In this document: positions 60,663 to 64,000 of the stretch, piece by piece
Position numbering within the stretch: position 1 is the stretch's first letter
How the letters are laid out: each line of letters begins with the position of its first letter
Source of the DNA: Mobula hypostoma
Lineage: Eukaryota
Reading direction: 5' to 3'
NCBI RefSeq assembly: GCF_963921235.1
Contig: NC_086097.1
Span: 20,648,001-20,712,000 of the forward strand
Length of the DNA stretch: 64,000 nt
The notes under the pieces: model-generated
Told to the model about the DNA's origin: nothing
The model's database searches: none
What the model saw: the letters and a program-made list of their open reading frames with translations, nothing else
Program-made: the position numbers and the translations under genes

Positions 60663-63600
60663 TTATGCATTGACATCCAAACCATTTGTATACATAATGA
60701 ATTGAGTCATCAGGCTCCATTTCCAAGAACCTTCAACCAGCATTTCTACTACTTAGCTCTGAGTCAATTTGGAATTCACCAAATTAACTCCCTGTTAAAA
60801 GTTTGTGGCTGACTTTTTACCTCAGCACCACTTTCCTATTCTAGATACCTTTATTCATATACTTGAAAATATTGTGATTATCGAGCACCCTTCTGGCAAA
60901 AGAATTCCAAAAAATCAGAATCCTTTGCATGAAGAAATTCAGTCCTGAATGGCTGACTATTACTTTGAGATTGTGCTACTAGCCTGTGACCGCCTGGGTT
61001 TCCTTCGGGTGCTCTGGTTTCTTCCCACAGTCCAAAGACATGCCATTTGGTGGGCCGATTGATCATTGTAAGTTGTTCCATGATTAGGTTGGGATTAAAT
61101 TGGGGATTGCTGAGCGGCATGGCTTGAAGGGCCTATTCCACGCTGTATCTCAATAAATAAATAAAGAAAAACCACTTCCCAGCCTCCTCTTGAAAACCAC
61201 AGGAATGGGAAGAGTTATCCCTGCAATTTGCTGGTAAGAATTCTTTTTCAAATATACTGCCCCTCATTTCTCATATACTGAGAATATTGGCCCAGTATAC
61301 TTGATCTCATGTCGACGGCCTGATTCTGCGAGTCAATCTGGTGAATCTTTGTTGTACTTCCCTCCCCCCCCGACCCCCCAATCAAGATTTTATCTTCCTG
61401 TGGGTAAAGAGATCAGACTTGCACAATAGGCCAGGTGTTGTCTAACAAGGGTCAATTTTATTTGAGTAAGACCTTTACTATCAATCCTTGCTGTGTTAGC
61501 CAGCTTAAATTTAAAGTTTTAACATGTAAGTCATCCTATAATTCATCTCTTTGGGTGAGGAAAATGGATAATTTGTTCAAAAACTCCAAATTTTTATCTG
61601 TTGATTCCAGAGGCATTTGGTGAACTGAAATGCTTCTGGGAACTCAAAAAGTACATCAGAATTGTTTTCTAGATGACTTTAATCTGTTACCTTTTCCAGC
61701 AGACTTTTCTCATGTGCCATTTCCCACTAAATCTGCTACTGTTTGTAGGACAGTTGTTTAACAGACCAGGACTCTTGATTCATTCCCAATAACTGATTAT
61801 GCTCTGCATGTCTCTTGTAGGAAAGTTGTGATTTGTTTGGTAGAAAGCATTACCTGAAGCTGTGTTTTGAGGTTTCAGTTGGGAATTATATAGTTATAAT
61901 GAAGATCACATAATTTTTCTCTAATATTCTAAAATGTTGTGGGATGCGATGCTGTTGAATTAGATATATGCAACCCTCAAGAAATATCTTTTTGAGTTGC
62001 CGCTTAAAGTAGTACTTGGCTTTTCTGTGAATCCAAAACTCAGTACCCTAGATGAAAGGCTTTGTAGTCAGTGATTTTCTTGATAAAGCTTATTGAAGTT
62101 GGTGAAAGCATGCATGTAATTTTTGAAGTCCTGGATAGTTTTTCCACTAAATTTCTGAGAAATAAGAAGGACCCAAATTTGATTTCTGATCTAGATTGAA
62201 TCAACTTTGTAGGGAAGAAAAGGTAACCATGGCCATGGGTTGGGAATCAGAATTAGAATTATTATCACTTTCATATGATGTGAAATGTGTATGGCTTTGT
62301 GCTCATCAAGGCTATTTATCAACCTTAATGTTGGCCATTGAGAAAGGTTAGCTTGATTGTTCAGATTCATTCATCACGTACATTGAAACATGCAGTGAAA
62401 TACGTTGTTTATGTAAGGACCAGCACAACCTAAGGGTATGCTGGGGGGGGGCGGGGGGCAGGTTGCAAATGTCACTGTTCATTCTGGTGTCAATATAGCA
62501 GGCCTATAATGTTTTGCAGAACAACAAAACAAACCTTTTCTCCCACCCTCTCTTCCTCCCTTTATCTCACTCTTGCATTCACACACACCTACCTACCCAC
62601 CTCCAAACACAGGAGAGGTTGCCTTTGAGCCTCCAACATCCAGTTCCTGGTCCAGACTCACAGACATCTGGTTTTTGACTTCCGAAACTCAAGGGCTTTG
62701 ACTTGTGGACTGAAAAGCTAAAGTCTTTGAACTTTGGTATTGACCCGAGGACTCACCAATCACAGAAATTTGAATTCTGGGCTTCGAACTCTGGACTTGC
62801 ACGGACCTCTGACTCCAGGACTCAGTAACTTGAGGGGTCACCTGCCTTTGTCCATGGGGCCCACCGACTTCAGTCATTGACCACGTAGTTCGCTGGAATT
62901 CTCAGCACATGCCCATCGGTCATCATTCCATGGGGATCACTGGGCTTCTACCTTGGAGTGCTCTGACTTTTGATTCCAGCTCCTGTCCTTGATGCTCTAT
63001 TTACTGCCCTTAACCTCTAACTTCCCTCATTCCTGTCCTGAAATCCAAATCTCCCCCCTAACTTCCCATGCTGCCCTCAGAATCATCCTGATGAACATAA
63101 AAGAACAACAGTTTAAACCACAACCTCAACCTCGACAGAGACTGCTGCCTGCACCACTTTAATGGGAAGTTCTTGTTCCACATTCACTGTTCTATCTTGT
63201 TTTCTTTTGATTCTCTTTGCCTTAAGCCTGCTGGTACGTGGTTTCAGGCTTTTGTATCTTCTGCCCAGTGAGAGAGGGGAGAAGGGAAAGGGTCTGGAGA
63301 ATATTTTTATATTTCTGTGTGTGTGTGTGTACTGGAATAGCAGGAAATTGGCTGCTTCATTTGTGATGAAGTGGGTTGCTGGCAGGTAGAGAGAAAGAAG
63401 TCACAGTGCCCTTTCATAACATTTGATTCTGGATCAGCATATTGCTCAATGACATACAAGCATGAAAGTTGGTTGTTTGCCACTCAGCCACTCAAGTTTG
63501 CTTTGCTGTTTATTTTTTATAAGATCATATCTGATATGACTGCATAATCAGTAATATTTCAGCACCTTGCTTATCAAGTATTTAACTTCCTCTACCTTAA

Positions 63601-64000
63601 AAATAGTCAAAGACTTTTCCCCCTGCCTTTTGAGGGCTCATGACTCACTGAAAAGGAATTTTACATCTTTATCTTAATTGCCTATTTTTTTTAAACAGTG
63701 ACCCCATTTTAGATTTTTCCACAAGAGCCAACACCTTTCATATCTATTATGTCTCGTAGGATCTAAAGTGCTTCATTCAAGCCGCCTCTCATAAGTCTAG
63801 CCTGTCCAACATTTCCTCATAAGACAACATGCACTTCTCAAGTATCTATCTAGTGAATGAAAATGAAGAAAACTAGCAGATGTTGTAAAGCAGTCCAATA
63901 ACTGGTGATTATAAGACCATAAGATATAGGGGGCAGAAGTAGGCCATTCGGCCCATCGAGTCTGCTCCGCCATTCAATCAAGGCTGATCCAATTTTTCCA

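Noticed and set aside
1..64000. Prokaryotic systems (operons, CRISPR arrays, retrons or other RT-based defence systems)
   Set aside because: Spliced vertebrate gene plus eukaryotic TEs; all RT fragments belong to LINE or Penelope families; no regularly spaced repeat-spacer array seen.
52849..64000. PAPOLA exon 2
   Set aside because: No segment translating to a HYGITSPIS-like peptide was found; it presumably lies beyond the window, so the PAPOLA call rests on exon 1 and synteny.

Overview
Eukaryotic vertebrate genomic DNA, most likely a cartilaginous fish (ray or shark; inferred from the CR1, Rex-Babar, Penelope, V-SINE and DeuSINE repeat content). The + strand carries the last ten coding exons of adenylate kinase 7 (AK7, 324-40984). 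They have GT-AG boundaries and consistent phases, and splice to 1302 nt (433 aa plus stop) with the P-loop GPPAVGKS and a C-terminal Dpy-30-like motif. A CpG island at about 52.2-53.1 kb holds the probable first exon of PAPOLA (ATGCCATA|GTAAGT), matching the vertebrate AK7-PAPOLA order. The rest is intronic or intergenic and densely packed with often nested transposable elements: a near-full-length CR1, Rex-Babar LINE fragments, two RLE-type (HERO-like) non-LTR elements, Penelope-like elements in inverted hairpin form, tRNA-derived SINEs, two solo LTRs, a Tigger/pogo transposon and MITEs. Two RNA-structure signals stand out. (i) The 3' UTRs of two divergent HERO-like elements contain a non-circularly permuted, pseudoknotted hammerhead-like motif whose stems differ in sequence but keep their pairing (8534-8606 on -, 51602-51676 on +). 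(ii) Minimal type-I hammerhead motifs occur in the termini of Penelope elements and their small non-coding hairpin derivatives. All family assignments are by eye and recalled motifs; no database search was run.
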